Shown: positions 7,535 through 17,198, counted from the first letter of the stretch. The stretch: DNA of 24,710 nt from a virus (IMGVR_UViG_3300025610_000138:1-24710), one strand, 5' to 3'. Program-made: numbers and translations. Notes: generated by a model from the sequence alone, not told the origin.

Positions 7535-8283
7535 TGCGCCACGTAATGATTCCGGACACTCAAATCAAAAAGGGCGTGCCGGTTAAGCACATTGTCGCCG
7601 CAGGTAATTGGATACGCGAGCATCTAAAGCCGGGCGATAAAGTAATAATCATTGGCGACTGGTGGGACTTCCCTAGCTTATCGTCGTATGACAGACCTGG
7701 TTCGCAGGACTGGGAGAACAAGGACCTGGATGAAGACATTGAATCCGGCAACAACGCTATGGCAATGTTCTTTAGCGCTGTCGGCAAGCTAAACAAGAAG
7801 CTTGACTGGCACTTTTGCGAGGGCAATCACGAGCATCGCATGACGCGAGCGAGAGAGGCAGCAGAGACGCGCATATACGGCAGCGTGTTTAGCTACAAGA
7901 GACTAAACCTGGAGCGATGTAAGTGGCACCCGTTCCTTAACATAAAAACGCTAAACGGCGTGCACTACTCGCACTACTTCACTGACCCGAACGCACATAC
8001 CGACCGGCCAATAGGCGGCACCATACAGAATCGATTACGTAAGTTAATGGGGTCCTTTGTAATGGGGCACCAGCAAGAGCATAGATTCGACCAACTAATG
8101 ACGGTTAACGGTAAGTTCATACATGGATTAGTTAGTGGTCGATTCTATTCGCACGATGAAGACTACCGAGGCCCACAAAAGAACCGTGAGTGGTCGGGCG
8201 TAAACGTACTAAACGACGTGCGTAATGGGGAATACGACATTATGCCGTTATCACAACGATATCTTGAACGGGAATATTTATAG
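7534..8283 (+). CDS. Calcineurin-like metallophosphoesterase
   Basis: Motifs IPDTQ, GDWWD, GNHE, HYSH and MGHQQ in canonical order. Confidence 0.9.
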   Translation: MRHVMIPDTQIKKGVPVKHIVAAGNWIREHLKPGDKVIIIGDWWDFPSLSSYDRPGSQDWENKDLDEDIESGNNAMAMFFSAVGKLNKKLDWHFCEGNHEHRMTRAREAAETRIYGSVFSYKRLNLERCKWHPFLNIKTLNGVHYSHYFTDPNAHTDRPIGGTIQNRLRKLMGSFVMGHQQEHRFDQLMTVNGKFIHGLVSGRFYSHDEDYRGPQKNREWSGVNVLNDVRNGEYDIMPLSQRYLEREYL

Positions 8284-8284
8284 C

Positions 8285-8557
8285 ATGGGAATTTTAGACA
8301 TTTTTAAAAGCGACGTGCCGCGGAGCAAGTTCAAAACTACACACCAGTTCTACGAAGAGAACTACTTCGGCGTACCTGAAATAAGAACGAAGTTCGACGG
8401 GTTATGGAATAGCGCCGTTACCATTTATGGTCGCGAAGGTCGCGCAGATATGCAGCACTTCGCTAAGGGTGAGAGCAAGGAAAAGGTTATGGCTAAGGCG
8501 CAGCAGTGGATGCAAAACACAATGGAAAGAGAATATAAGCCGGAGGCTAAAGACTAA
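8285..8557 (+). CDS. Hypothetical protein (about 90 aa)
   Basis: ATG at 8285 just after the phosphoesterase stop is preferred to the track start at 8225; TAATG-coupled to the next gene. Confidence 0.7.
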   Translation: MGILDIFKSDVPRSKFKTTHQFYEENYFGVPEIRTKFDGLWNSAVTIYGREGRADMQHFAKGESKEKVMAKAQQWMQNTMEREYKPEAKD

Positions 8558-8967
8558 TGGCAATTCAATACATACAGACACTAAGCCACAACATGCTGGA
8601 TGAAATTACTGCGTTGGTTGATGCAGGCGCAGGCGCTGGAACACTACGGATTTATGACGGCACTCCGCCAGCCGATGCGGATACCGCGCTATCCGGCAAC
8701 ACTTTACTAGCGCAGCTTACAATGAGCGACCCAAGCGCTGCCGCCGCCAGTGGCGACGACTGGACAGCTTCGAGTATTACAGCTGATTCTAGCGCGGACG
8801 CAACCGGAACCGCGACATTCTTCCGCATCCTTGATTCTAATGCAGTCGTGGTACTCCAGGGCACGGTTGGAACTTCTGGTGCCGACATTAACTTGAACAG
8901 CACAAGCATCTCAGCAACGGATAACGTCGCCGTATCTAGCTTAGTAATTACTGAAGGCAACACTTAA
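8557..8967 (+). CDS. Putative virion structural protein (beta-rich, Ala/Thr/Ser/Gly-rich)
   Basis: GGAGG RBS. 'GTLRIYDGTPP...LLAQLT...ATGTATFFRI...QGTVGTSGAD' resembles a common small phage structural family. Contains no Lys or Cys. Confidence 0.6.
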   Translation: MAIQYIQTLSHNMLDEITALVDAGAGAGTLRIYDGTPPADADTALSGNTLLAQLTMSDPSAAAASGDDWTASSITADSSADATGTATFFRILDSNAVVVLQGTVGTSGADINLNSTSISATDNVAVSSLVITEGNT

Positions 8968-9040
8968 GCCGTGAATCTAGTTAGATAGCAAATTTGGTTC
9001 ACGCCACACCTCCGCAAGTGCGGGACTTCAAGGGGTATTT

Positions 9041-9490
9041 ATGGCTTTATTAGCAACAAACAACAGCGCCGCAGAAGCTTACCGGCAAATCAAAAATAAT
9101 GCCGTACAGCTACGTGCTAATGCGCAGTCTATTGCGACCAAGTTAGCTTCTGGTAATGTTGAATATGAGTATTTGAGGGACGTTTACAACACATTGTCGC
9201 GCTCAAAAGACCAGCTAGCATTGCTGAGGGCGACTCAAGGCATTGTGCAGTACGCAAAAGACCAGGAAGAGGACGTTAATTACGCAGTAAAGACAGAAAT
9301 CAGTGCTATTACTTCTGCGATTGGCGATGCTTTGACGTGGATGAGAACAAACGTCCCGCGCAGTGTGCAGGTGCTTGCGTTAAACGAATGGCAAGATTTG
9401 TCTAAGTCTTTAATTGTAGAAGTAATGACACCAGCAGAAACGGCTGGCCTTGTGACCGAATTAAACAAGATCACTACAGCAATTAGCTGA
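9041..9490 (+). CDS. Hypothetical alpha-helical protein (149 aa)
   Basis: AAGGGG RBS; TGATG overlap with the next gene. Confidence 0.75.
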   Translation: MALLATNNSAAEAYRQIKNNAVQLRANAQSIATKLASGNVEYEYLRDVYNTLSRSKDQLALLRATQGIVQYAKDQEEDVNYAVKTEISAITSAIGDALTWMRTNVPRSVQVLALNEWQDLSKSLIVEVMTPAETAGLVTELNKITTAIS

Positions 9491-10686
9491 TGGCCTTTGC
9501 AGAAGTATCGACCTATAGCAACAGCTCTGGTTCCGGGGTTGGCAGCCTTACCGTTACTGTTTCTGGTGCAGTAGCAAATAATCTACTTGTTGGGCAAATT
9601 ACAGTCAGGAATGGCGGTGATGCGTTTACTACACCTACCGGCTGGACGTTAATAGACACGCACAGTACAGGAGCTTTTGGATACGCAACGTATTATCGAA
9701 TAGCTAGCGGGACTTCCGCTGACGACGCTGCGTTCTCTTGGACAGACAACGGTACTTGTTATGCCGCGGTTGTAGAGTATTCGGGTAACGCGACCTCAAG
9801 TGTTTTAGTCCAGTCGAGTGAAAAGACTTCTGACCTTGGCAGTACCGTTACGACGCACACAACGAACAGCCTAACGCCGACAGCGGGCAATCTTCTTTTG
9901 GCTGCGTTAGCAGTCTTGCATAACGCCGGTTGGAATACGCCAGCGTCACAAACAACGACGGTTAGTTCTCCATTCTCGTTAAGCGATGAGAACACGACAG
10001 CTTCTGGCAGTCAGCCTTACGCCGCTATCGCTTACTACGAAACGCCGGATACCACAACTAGAGCAGCGACCTTTACAACTAATGACGCTGGGTCAGAGCC
10101 AGCGTCGGTCATTATGGAGTTTGCCGCAGCAGCAGGCGGCATTACCGGCACCGGGGCGATAACTGAGGGCGCGGATACATCGGCTGGTAGCGGTGCGATA
10201 TTCAGCTACATTACCGGCACCGGTGCAATAACAGAGGCGGCAGATACGGCCGCAGGCACCGGAACAGTAAGTAGTCAGATATCTGGCACCGGCGCAATAA
10301 CAGAGGCGGCCGATGTATCGGCCGGTGTTGGCGCAGTATTTAGCTATATAACCGGGACTGGCGCCATTACGGAGGCGGCAGACACCAGCTCTGGCGCAGG
10401 TACTGTTACAGCAACGGGTGAGGTATCGGGGTCTGGTTCAATTACCGAAGGCGCAGATACGTGCGTTGGCACCGGAGCGATTTTCAGCTACATCACGGGT
10501 ACCGGCGCAATCACTGAGGGCGCGGATACGTGCGTAGGTGTTGACGGCAACGCCCCAGACTATTTCCCATTCCAGAACGGTGGCTTTTTCAACGCCTCAA
10601 TAATTTCAGCGAGGCTTTATGAGACCGGTTTAGTTGCTGCCGAGCTCAGACCAGCAAATCAGACCAAGGATAAATTTGTCAATTGA
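9490..10686 (+). CDS. Putative fibre/adhesin-like virion protein with N-terminal beta domain and 23-aa repeats
   Basis: 398 aa, Thr/Ser/Ala/Gly-rich. N-terminal about 215 aa is beta-sandwich-like (TPTGWTLI, YATYYRIA, AVVEYSG), followed by six ITGTGAITE[AG]AD repeats. Confidence 0.6.
   Translation: MAFAEVSTYSNSSGSGVGSLTVTVSGAVANNLLVGQITVRNGGDAFTTPTGWTLIDTHSTGAFGYATYYRIASGTSADDAAFSWTDNGTCYAAVVEYSGNATSSVLVQSSEKTSDLGSTVTTHTTNSLTPTAGNLLLAALAVLHNAGWNTPASQTTTVSSPFSLSDENTTASGSQPYAAIAYYETPDTTTRAATFTTNDAGSEPASVIMEFAAAAGGITGTGAITEGADTSAGSGAIFSYITGTGAITEAADTAAGTGTVSSQISGTGAITEAADVSAGVGAVFSYITGTGAITEAADTSSGAGTVTATGEVSGSGSITEGADTCVGTGAIFSYITGTGAITEGADTCVGVDGNAPDYFPFQNGGFFNASIISARLYETGLVAAELRPANQTKDKFVN
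10141..10540 (+). repeat. Six imperfect 69-bp coding tandem repeats
   Basis: Units start at 10141, 10210, 10279, 10348, 10423 and 10492 (one unit is 75 bp); each encodes [IV][TS]G[TS]G[AS]ITE[AG]AD. Confidence 0.92.
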
Positions 10687-10946
10687 TTCCGCCAATAGAG
10701 CTAATCGAGTGGGACGATATCGTCAGTCATTCTAACGGTTGGTTATCAAAAGAAGATATATCAAAACTCGATACATGGCCGATGTTCACGGTTGGTTATG
10801 TTATCGAGGAGACAGAAAAAACAATCAAGGTCGTGTCTACGCATTCTCAGCCAAAGTTAGAAGACATTACTTACGGACACGACACAATCATTCCAAAGGG
10901 CGCCGTTACTAGGCGAAAAATATTACGCAAAAGATGGTGGCTATAG
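10683..10946 (+). CDS. Hypothetical phage protein (87 aa, small beta-barrel-like)
   Basis: TTG start overlapping the previous stop, with AAGGA upstream; IEWDDI...GW...TVGYVIEE...IPKGAV pattern. Confidence 0.7.
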   Translation: MIPPIELIEWDDIVSHSNGWLSKEDISKLDTWPMFTVGYVIEETEKTIKVVSTHSQPKLEDITYGHDTIIPKGAVTRRKILRKRWWL

Positions 10947-11228
10947 ATGAGTGAACCGAGAAACATAATTACGCCTCTCCTTATGGGGGTTACATCTACC
11001 GGGGCGAGTGGAGTTTACGGTGGAAAAGGGCAGCGAGTATTCCAGGTATTGATAACCGGGACAGCAACCGTGCAAATGCAGGCAAGTGTAGATAACGACA
11101 ACTGGATATCACTTGGTGACCCTATAACGGCGAGTGGAGGTTATGAATCTGAGGCGCCATGGCCGTACATGCGTGCGAACGTAACGAGTTACAGTAGTGG
11201 CGCTGTTAGTGTATGGGTGGCTGACTAA
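10947..11228 (+). CDS. Small beta-sandwich protein, possibly virion-associated
   Basis: 93 aa; TATVQMQASVDNDNW and PYMRANVT strands typical of jelly-roll-like modules. Confidence 0.6.
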   Translation: MSEPRNIITPLLMGVTSTGASGVYGGKGQRVFQVLITGTATVQMQASVDNDNWISLGDPITASGGYESEAPWPYMRANVTSYSSGAVSVWVAD

Positions 11229-11246
11229 TGGGCGTGCTAGATACTA

Positions 11247-11588
11247 ATGACTGAGAAGAAAACAACAACACGAAAGCGACGTAAGCGCGTATCCGTTAGT
11301 GAGGGCACGACTGCACTCGTTGGTGCGAACGCAAAGGAAAAGCGCGAGAACGATGACCTTAACGTGAAGATAGCTGACGTTATTGAGACGCTCGAAGCAC
11401 TGGGATACGACCCGGTGAAGAAGCTTGTAGAGGCTCGCAATGGCGCTAATTTGAATGAGTTCCAGAAGGTTGCTATAGATAAGGAGCTTATGAAGTATGT
11501 TCACCCACAGAAGAAGGCTGTGGATGTTAATGGTGAGATAAATCACGGATTAAATATCACGTTCTCTGACCTGGAAGATGAGCTCTAG
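11247..11588 (+). CDS. terS: Putative terminase small subunit
   Basis: Directly upstream of and overlapping TerL; basic N-terminus, helical core (KELMKYVHPQKKAVDV), beta-type C-terminal tail. Confidence 0.7.
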   Translation: MTEKKTTTRKRRKRVSVSEGTTALVGANAKEKRENDDLNVKIADVIETLEALGYDPVKKLVEARNGANLNEFQKVAIDKELMKYVHPQKKAVDVNGEINHGLNITFSDLEDEL

Positions 11589-12937
11589 TGACATTCGAAT
11601 ATACGGATAAACAGAAGGAGCTACTTAAGGTATTAGGAAGTGAGGCAACGCACTGTGGAGCTAGAGGTGGTTCGCGTAGTGGTAAAACCTTCGCCATTGT
11701 CTGCGCAATCATCGCGCGAGCGCTGAAGGCTGAGAAGAGCAGACATGCGATATTACGATACCGATTTAATGCGGTAAAGACAGCAATTATTCACGATACG
11801 TTCCCCAAGGCAATGGAGATACGTTATCCGAATATCAAATACAAAATTGATAAGACAACATGGTTTGCAGAGTTCGAAGATAACGGCGCGCAGATATGGT
11901 TCGGTGGCCTAGATGATAAGGAGCGAACCGAGAAGATTCTAGGACAGGAATACGCAACGATATTCCTTAATGAGTGTTCACAGATACCCTGGGGCTCACG
12001 CTCAATAGCGGTAACGCGATTAGCTCAGAATGTTGATGCACGGTACTCGGATGGCGTTAGACCGTTACCACTGAAGATGTACTACGACTACAACCCACCG
12101 AGTAAGGCGCACTGGACGTACAAATTATTCGAACAAAAGATTGACCCGGACAGTAACGAGCAGCTGGGTAATCCTGATAACTACAAGATGATACGACTCA
12201 ATCCTGTAGACAATATGGAGAACCTACCGGAGGGTTATATCGATGAGCTGCAGCATATGTCCAGCAGGAACCGCAAGAGGTTCTTGGATGGTGATTACGC
12301 TGAGGCAACAGAGAGCGCGCTGTGGACACCGGAGAGCATTGATAAGAGCAGAACATCCGAGGAGTACGACCTAACAAGAGTGGTTATCGCAGTTGACCCG
12401 AGTGGCGCAGACGATGACCCGGACAAGAACAACGACGCCATTGGAATAATAATCACCGGGATGACGCAGCAGGGCTACGCTGTAGTGCTTGCGGATTACA
12501 CGGTAAAGGCTTCACCAGCTGTATGGGGAAAGATTGTAGGTGACCAGTTCGATAACTACGCAGCCAACATTGTAGTTGGCGAAGTTAACTACGGTGGCGC
12601 GATGGTTGAACATGTTATACAGACAGCACGACCTGGTACGCCATACAAGCAGGTGACAGCATCAAGGGGTAAGCATTTGAGAGCTGAACCTATAGCTGCA
12701 CTATTTGAAACCGGCAAGGTCAAGTTGTCCGGTAGATTCCCTGAGTTAGAAGATGAAATGTGTGCAATGAGCACAGCAGGATACACCGGCGCAAGAAGTC
12801 CTAACAGGCTAGATGCATTAGTCATGTCGGTGACCGAGCTATTCCCGAGCTTAACGAAGAAGCAGAAGGATAAACTTAAAAAGCCAGCACGACGTCCATA
12901 CGTTAGGCAGGCTGGAACTGGATGGTTAGCAAATTGA
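11588..12937 (+). CDS. terL: Terminase large subunit
   Basis: Walker A GGSRSGKT, Walker B IFLNE, coupling motif DYNP, nuclease VIAVDP and PNRLDA; GTG start. Confidence 0.95.
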   Translation: MTFEYTDKQKELLKVLGSEATHCGARGGSRSGKTFAIVCAIIARALKAEKSRHAILRYRFNAVKTAIIHDTFPKAMEIRYPNIKYKIDKTTWFAEFEDNGAQIWFGGLDDKERTEKILGQEYATIFLNECSQIPWGSRSIAVTRLAQNVDARYSDGVRPLPLKMYYDYNPPSKAHWTYKLFEQKIDPDSNEQLGNPDNYKMIRLNPVDNMENLPEGYIDELQHMSSRNRKRFLDGDYAEATESALWTPESIDKSRTSEEYDLTRVVIAVDPSGADDDPDKNNDAIGIIITGMTQQGYAVVLADYTVKASPAVWGKIVGDQFDNYAANIVVGEVNYGGAMVEHVIQTARPGTPYKQVTASRGKHLRAEPIAALFETGKVKLSGRFPELEDEMCAMSTAGYTGARSPNRLDALVMSVTELFPSLTKKQKDKLKKPARRPYVRQAGTGWLAN

Positions 12938-15039
12938 AAATCGAAGACATTAAAAAAGAGTTCGACGCTATTGAGGAAGAAGAGAATGCTAATCGTGAGC
13001 GGCAGGTTGAGGACCTTCGCTTCGGTTACTCTGACGACCAGTGGCCGGAGGAGCTACGCAGGCTTCGCGAAAATGACCTAGATGGCGCTAGACCATGTTT
13101 AACGGTTAACAAGATTGCAGTACATGCTCGTCAGATAACAAACGACATGAGACAAAATCGTGCATCTGTGCGCATTCTCCCTGTCGATGATGCTGCCGAC
13201 ATAGAGACAGCCAAGATACTACAGGGCATGGTCCGGCACATTGAACATGTGTCCAACGCTGGTATGGCATACGATATCGCGGCGGAGTTCCAGGTGATGT
13301 GTGGTATTGGTTATATACGTGTTGACCTTGAAGTGGTTGACCCAATTTATAACCATCAAGAGATTATGATTAAACCGGTGCGCAATCCATTCTCGGTCTA
13401 TTTTGACCCATGGGTTACAGACAATGCCGGTAGTGACGCACGCCGCGTATTTCAGATTGACCATATGTCAGAACAACAATTCATGCGTGAATTTCCAGAT
13501 GCAAATTTATCTAGTTTTCAATCTGGTGGCAGTGGGGATGCATGGATAGATAAGGACAGAATCCGCGTGGCGGAGCACTGGTGGATAGATGACAAGGATT
13601 GTACCTATCTATTTGTTCAACCCAGAATGACCCAGATAGGTCAGGTGCCTCCGCCCCCGGAAGCTGTTAGGGCGGAAGACATTGAAGGCATGGAGGACCA
13701 ACTAATAATTTTAGGCGAAAGGACTGTTGCCGAGCCAGAGGTTCGATATCAGAAATTAAACGGCGAAGAAATATTAGAAGGGGGTGATTCAGGTCTCGTC
13801 TTACCGGGTAGGTATATACCTATCGTCCGAGTTCCCGGTGAAGATGTAATGATTGAGGACGAGCGCTATACGACTGGAATCGTGCGACGTGCGCGGGATG
13901 CGCAGCGCGCTTATAACTATGCCATGTCCACGAACATTGAGACGATGGCAATGCAACCGAAGAATCCCTGGTTGGTTGGTAGGAATGCTATCGACGGCTA
14001 CGAGGATATGTATGCGAGCGCTAACCAAAAGAACTATGCGTACTTGCCATACAACGAAACAGATGAGCAGGGCAACCCCACTGGCGCGCCAACAAGACAA
14101 CCACCAGCTCAACCCAATGCCGCAGCAATGTCATTAATGGAAACATCTAACGGTGACCTGCAGGCCACTATCGGCCAGATGGGTGCGTCACTGGGTGAAG
14201 TAACAAACGAGCGCAGCGGTCTAGCTATCCATAACCGGCAGAAAGCTGGCGATATGGCGACGTACCACTTCGTAGACAACATGGCCCAGGCAGTACGACA
14301 TGTGGGACGAATTATCGTTGACCTCATTCCTGTTGTTTATGACACGGAGCGCGTTGCCAGAATCATGGGTGAAGATGGTGATGCTGAACAGGTGACGATA
14401 TCCCCCGGCGCAGAGCAGCAGACAGAGGGTGAAGGTATTGAGCGCATTTACGATGTTGGTGTTGGTAAGTACGACGTCGCAGTATCTACCGGGCCGAGCT
14501 TCAGCACGAAGAGACAGGAAGCGTTTGAATCCATGTCCGCAATCATCGATGGCAATCCCCAATTGTGGACCGTCATCGGTGACCTAATGGTTAAGAACAT
14601 GGACTGGCCTGGCGCGGATGAAATGGCCGAGCGCCTACATAACATGGTCCCACCTGAAGTACGTGGTGAAGAAGATGAGATGGGCGCACTACAACAGCAG
14701 CTCGCGGAATCTCAACAGATGACCCAGGAGATGGAGATGCAGCTCAACGCTCTAATGGCTGAGCGCGAGCAGATGATGAACAAGCTTGCAAACAAGGAAG
14801 CGGATAAGGAAATGAACCGCGACAAGCTTATGGCACAAATGATTGATAAGGATAAGGAGCGCAAGATAAAACTTGGCGCACTGGAACTTGATAAGGAGGG
14901 CCTCGATGCTGAGAAGATTGACAACGCATTGAGGCACGCTATTGAAATGCAGAAGTTAGAAACCGATGCACAATTAAAATCCATGTCTGAGGAAATGGCA
15001 TTTTTGAAAGATATGATAGGAAAACTCACGGCTCAGTAG
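12922..15039 (+). CDS. Portal protein, P22 gp1-like
   Basis: 705 aa after TerL; DQWP...RPCLTVNKI, YIPIVRVPG, RDAQRAYNY, SGLAI..RQ and GKYDVAVSTGPSFSTKRQE; long C-terminal coiled-coil barrel. Confidence 0.95.
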   Translation: MVSKLKIEDIKKEFDAIEEEENANRERQVEDLRFGYSDDQWPEELRRLRENDLDGARPCLTVNKIAVHARQITNDMRQNRASVRILPVDDAADIETAKILQGMVRHIEHVSNAGMAYDIAAEFQVMCGIGYIRVDLEVVDPIYNHQEIMIKPVRNPFSVYFDPWVTDNAGSDARRVFQIDHMSEQQFMREFPDANLSSFQSGGSGDAWIDKDRIRVAEHWWIDDKDCTYLFVQPRMTQIGQVPPPPEAVRAEDIEGMEDQLIILGERTVAEPEVRYQKLNGEEILEGGDSGLVLPGRYIPIVRVPGEDVMIEDERYTTGIVRRARDAQRAYNYAMSTNIETMAMQPKNPWLVGRNAIDGYEDMYASANQKNYAYLPYNETDEQGNPTGAPTRQPPAQPNAAAMSLMETSNGDLQATIGQMGASLGEVTNERSGLAIHNRQKAGDMATYHFVDNMAQAVRHVGRIIVDLIPVVYDTERVARIMGEDGDAEQVTISPGAEQQTEGEGIERIYDVGVGKYDVAVSTGPSFSTKRQEAFESMSAIIDGNPQLWTVIGDLMVKNMDWPGADEMAERLHNMVPPEVRGEEDEMGALQQQLAESQQMTQEMEMQLNALMAEREQMMNKLANKEADKEMNRDKLMAQMIDKDKERKIKLGALELDKEGLDAEKIDNALRHAIEMQKLETDAQLKSMSEEMAFLKDMIGKLTAQ

Positions 15040-15099
15040 CCGACGCAATTTTGCGGAAACAACGCGGACAACCGCCGCGCAACACACAAGGTGATTAGC

Positions 15100-15975
15100 A
15101 TGATTAATGATTTAGCCGAAACTCCAGAAGTTGAAATTGAACAAGATGCCCAGGCAGCATCTACCGGAAATGACGCCCCCGCTGTAGCGGAGAATGAAGA
15201 GGTTGAAAGCCAGCACGAAGAAAGTTCTGAGGCTGTCGAGAGCGAAGATGACGGGGAATCCACTGAGGCTAGTGGAGATGACCAGAATCAAGAGCCGAAA
15301 CCCGGAAAGCGAAGCTACAAAAAAAGAATAGACCAGTTAACCAAGAAGATTCACGAGCGCGACCGATTCATTGAAGAGATGCAGAATCGATTCTATGAAG
15401 AGCAGGCTGTGCAACAGTATGCGGCTCAGGAAGGTCCATCTGCGCCACCCAATCGTGAAACATATGACGACTACGAAAAGTATGTCGAAGACTTGGCTGT
15501 CTATAAAGCAAAGGAAGCACTACAGGTAAAAGAGATTGAACAACGGCAATTGAGTCAGCAGAGACAACAAGCACAAGCAAGACAGCAATTTGACTCTGTG
15601 AAAGATGCCGCGCTCGACGCCGGACGTGAACTGTACGACGACTTTGAAGCCGTCGCAACGGACCCGAGTTTACCGCTATCGGCTGTTATGGCTGAGGCTG
15701 TACTTAGTTCCGATAACGCACCACACGTTTGGTATCACTTGGGCAAGAACCCGGACCAGGCTGCGGAGATAGCACAGCTACCCCCTATGCAGCAGGCTCT
15801 GGCAATTGGACGTCTCTCGAACGCTGTTACTGCAACCGGTGCCAAACAAGTGTCCGCCGCACCTACTCCGCCAAAAGCTACTAAAGGTCGAGCTGTCGCA
15901 AGCAATAAGCCGAATGACAAGATATCAACAGCAGAGTGGATTAAGCGGCGCAATAAGGAAATTTATGGACGTTAA
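15100..15975 (+). CDS. Scaffolding protein
   Basis: Between portal and coat; very acidic N-terminus, coiled coil (KKRIDQLTKK), basic C-terminal helix. ATG at 15100 with AAGGTG upstream is preferred. Confidence 0.88.
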   Translation: MINDLAETPEVEIEQDAQAASTGNDAPAVAENEEVESQHEESSEAVESEDDGESTEASGDDQNQEPKPGKRSYKKRIDQLTKKIHERDRFIEEMQNRFYEEQAVQQYAAQEGPSAPPNRETYDDYEKYVEDLAVYKAKEALQVKEIEQRQLSQQRQQAQARQQFDSVKDAALDAGRELYDDFEAVATDPSLPLSAVMAEAVLSSDNAPHVWYHLGKNPDQAAEIAQLPPMQQALAIGRLSNAVTATGAKQVSAAPTPPKATKGRAVASNKPNDKISTAEWIKRRNKEIYGR

Positions 15976-16010
15976 TTCTATTTTATTAATTAAACAAAGG
16001 AGCCCTTAAA

Positions 16011-17198
16011 ATGGCTAATAACCTTCTTACTCCGACAGCAGTGACGCGAGAAGCTCTACGCATCGCGCATGAGAAGCTGTCTTTCATCGGCACGACCGAG
16101 CGACAATACGATGATTCGTTTGCTCAGTCTGGTGCCAAAATCGGCGATAGCTTGTCTATTCGCCTCCCTAACAAATACACTGTCCGAACCGGTAAAACCT
16201 TGCAAGCGCAAGACACCGAAGAAACCAGTGTAACTTTGACGGTCGCTACGCAGAAAGGTGTCGATATGAACTTTTCTACGAAGGATCTCACCACGGATAT
16301 CGATGACTTCTCTAAGCGAATCATCGAGCCCGCTATGGCTGTACTGTGTTCCAACATCGAAAGCACGATGCTAGACTCGGTGACCAAAGACATTTACAAC
16401 CATGTTGGCACGCCGGGTACTCTGCCTACCTTCGCTCAAATAAACAAAGCGAAAGCTAAGCTTAACCAGTACCTAGCCCCTAAAGATAACAACCGTCACA
16501 TTCAGATGGAAAGTATCGACATGGCTGGTCAGGTTGATGCGTTGAAAGGCTTGTTCCAAGACTCTAAAGAAATCAGTAAGCAGTATCGAGACGGTGTTGT
16601 TGGTCGTACTGCTGGTTTGAACTGGGTAGAGAACGAGCGCATTTATACGCATACTAACGGCTCCGACATCACCGGCATTACGTTCGACTCTGTAACTGCT
16701 GCTGATGGTGATAGCACCCTTGCTATTACTGGCGCATCCTCTGCGCCGTCCGTTGGTTCGATTTTCACCATGGCGGACGTCTATGCGGTTCACCCGGAAA
16801 CGAAAGTGGCCTACCCGCACCTTCAGCAATTTGTTGTTACTGCGGCTACCACTTCTTCGTTGTCGTTCTCGCCTGCGCTGCAATCAACTGGTGCGAGCCA
16901 GAATGTTGACTCGCTTCCGGCAACCACTGCCGCGCTGACTTGGGTTGGTGCTGCTGATGGTTCCTTCCCGAACCATCTAGTCTACCACGGTGAAGCTTTT
17001 GCTTTCGCAACTGCTGACCTTGTTATGCCTGGAGGTGTGGACTTCGCAGCTCGTGAAGTATACGACGGTCTTAGCATCCGATGCGTTCGACAGTACGATA
17101 TCAACAACGACAATATGCCTTGTCGAATTGATATTTTGCATGGCTACAAAACACTACGACCTGATTGGGCTTGTCGTGTTATGGGCTCTGGCGCTTAA
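16011..17198 (+). CDS. Major capsid protein, P22 gp5 coat family
   Basis: MANNLLT..., GAKIGDSLSIRLP, RIIEPAMAVL and C-terminal CRIDILHGYKTLRPDWACR; AT-rich leader with AAGGAG RBS. Confidence 0.95.
   Translation: MANNLLTPTAVTREALRIAHEKLSFIGTTERQYDDSFAQSGAKIGDSLSIRLPNKYTVRTGKTLQAQDTEETSVTLTVATQKGVDMNFSTKDLTTDIDDFSKRIIEPAMAVLCSNIESTMLDSVTKDIYNHVGTPGTLPTFAQINKAKAKLNQYLAPKDNNRHIQMESIDMAGQVDALKGLFQDSKEISKQYRDGVVGRTAGLNWVENERIYTHTNGSDITGITFDSVTAADGDSTLAITGASSAPSVGSIFTMADVYAVHPETKVAYPHLQQFVVTAATTSSLSFSPALQSTGASQNVDSLPATTAALTWVGAADGSFPNHLVYHGEAFAFATADLVMPGGVDFAAREVYDGLSIRCVRQYDINNDNMPCRIDILHGYKTLRPDWACRVMGSGA

Noticed and set aside
10141-10540. Repeats as a CRISPR array or DGR template/variable repeat
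   Set aside because: They are in-frame coding repeats varying at synonymous sites, with no unique spacers, no adenine-specific pattern and no reverse transcriptase in the window.
11588-12937. Non-canonical TerL motifs (Walker B NE; PNRLDA) as signs of inactivation
   Set aside because: Such variants occur in functional terminases; the catalytic Glu and nuclease Asp residues are present and the ORF is intact.
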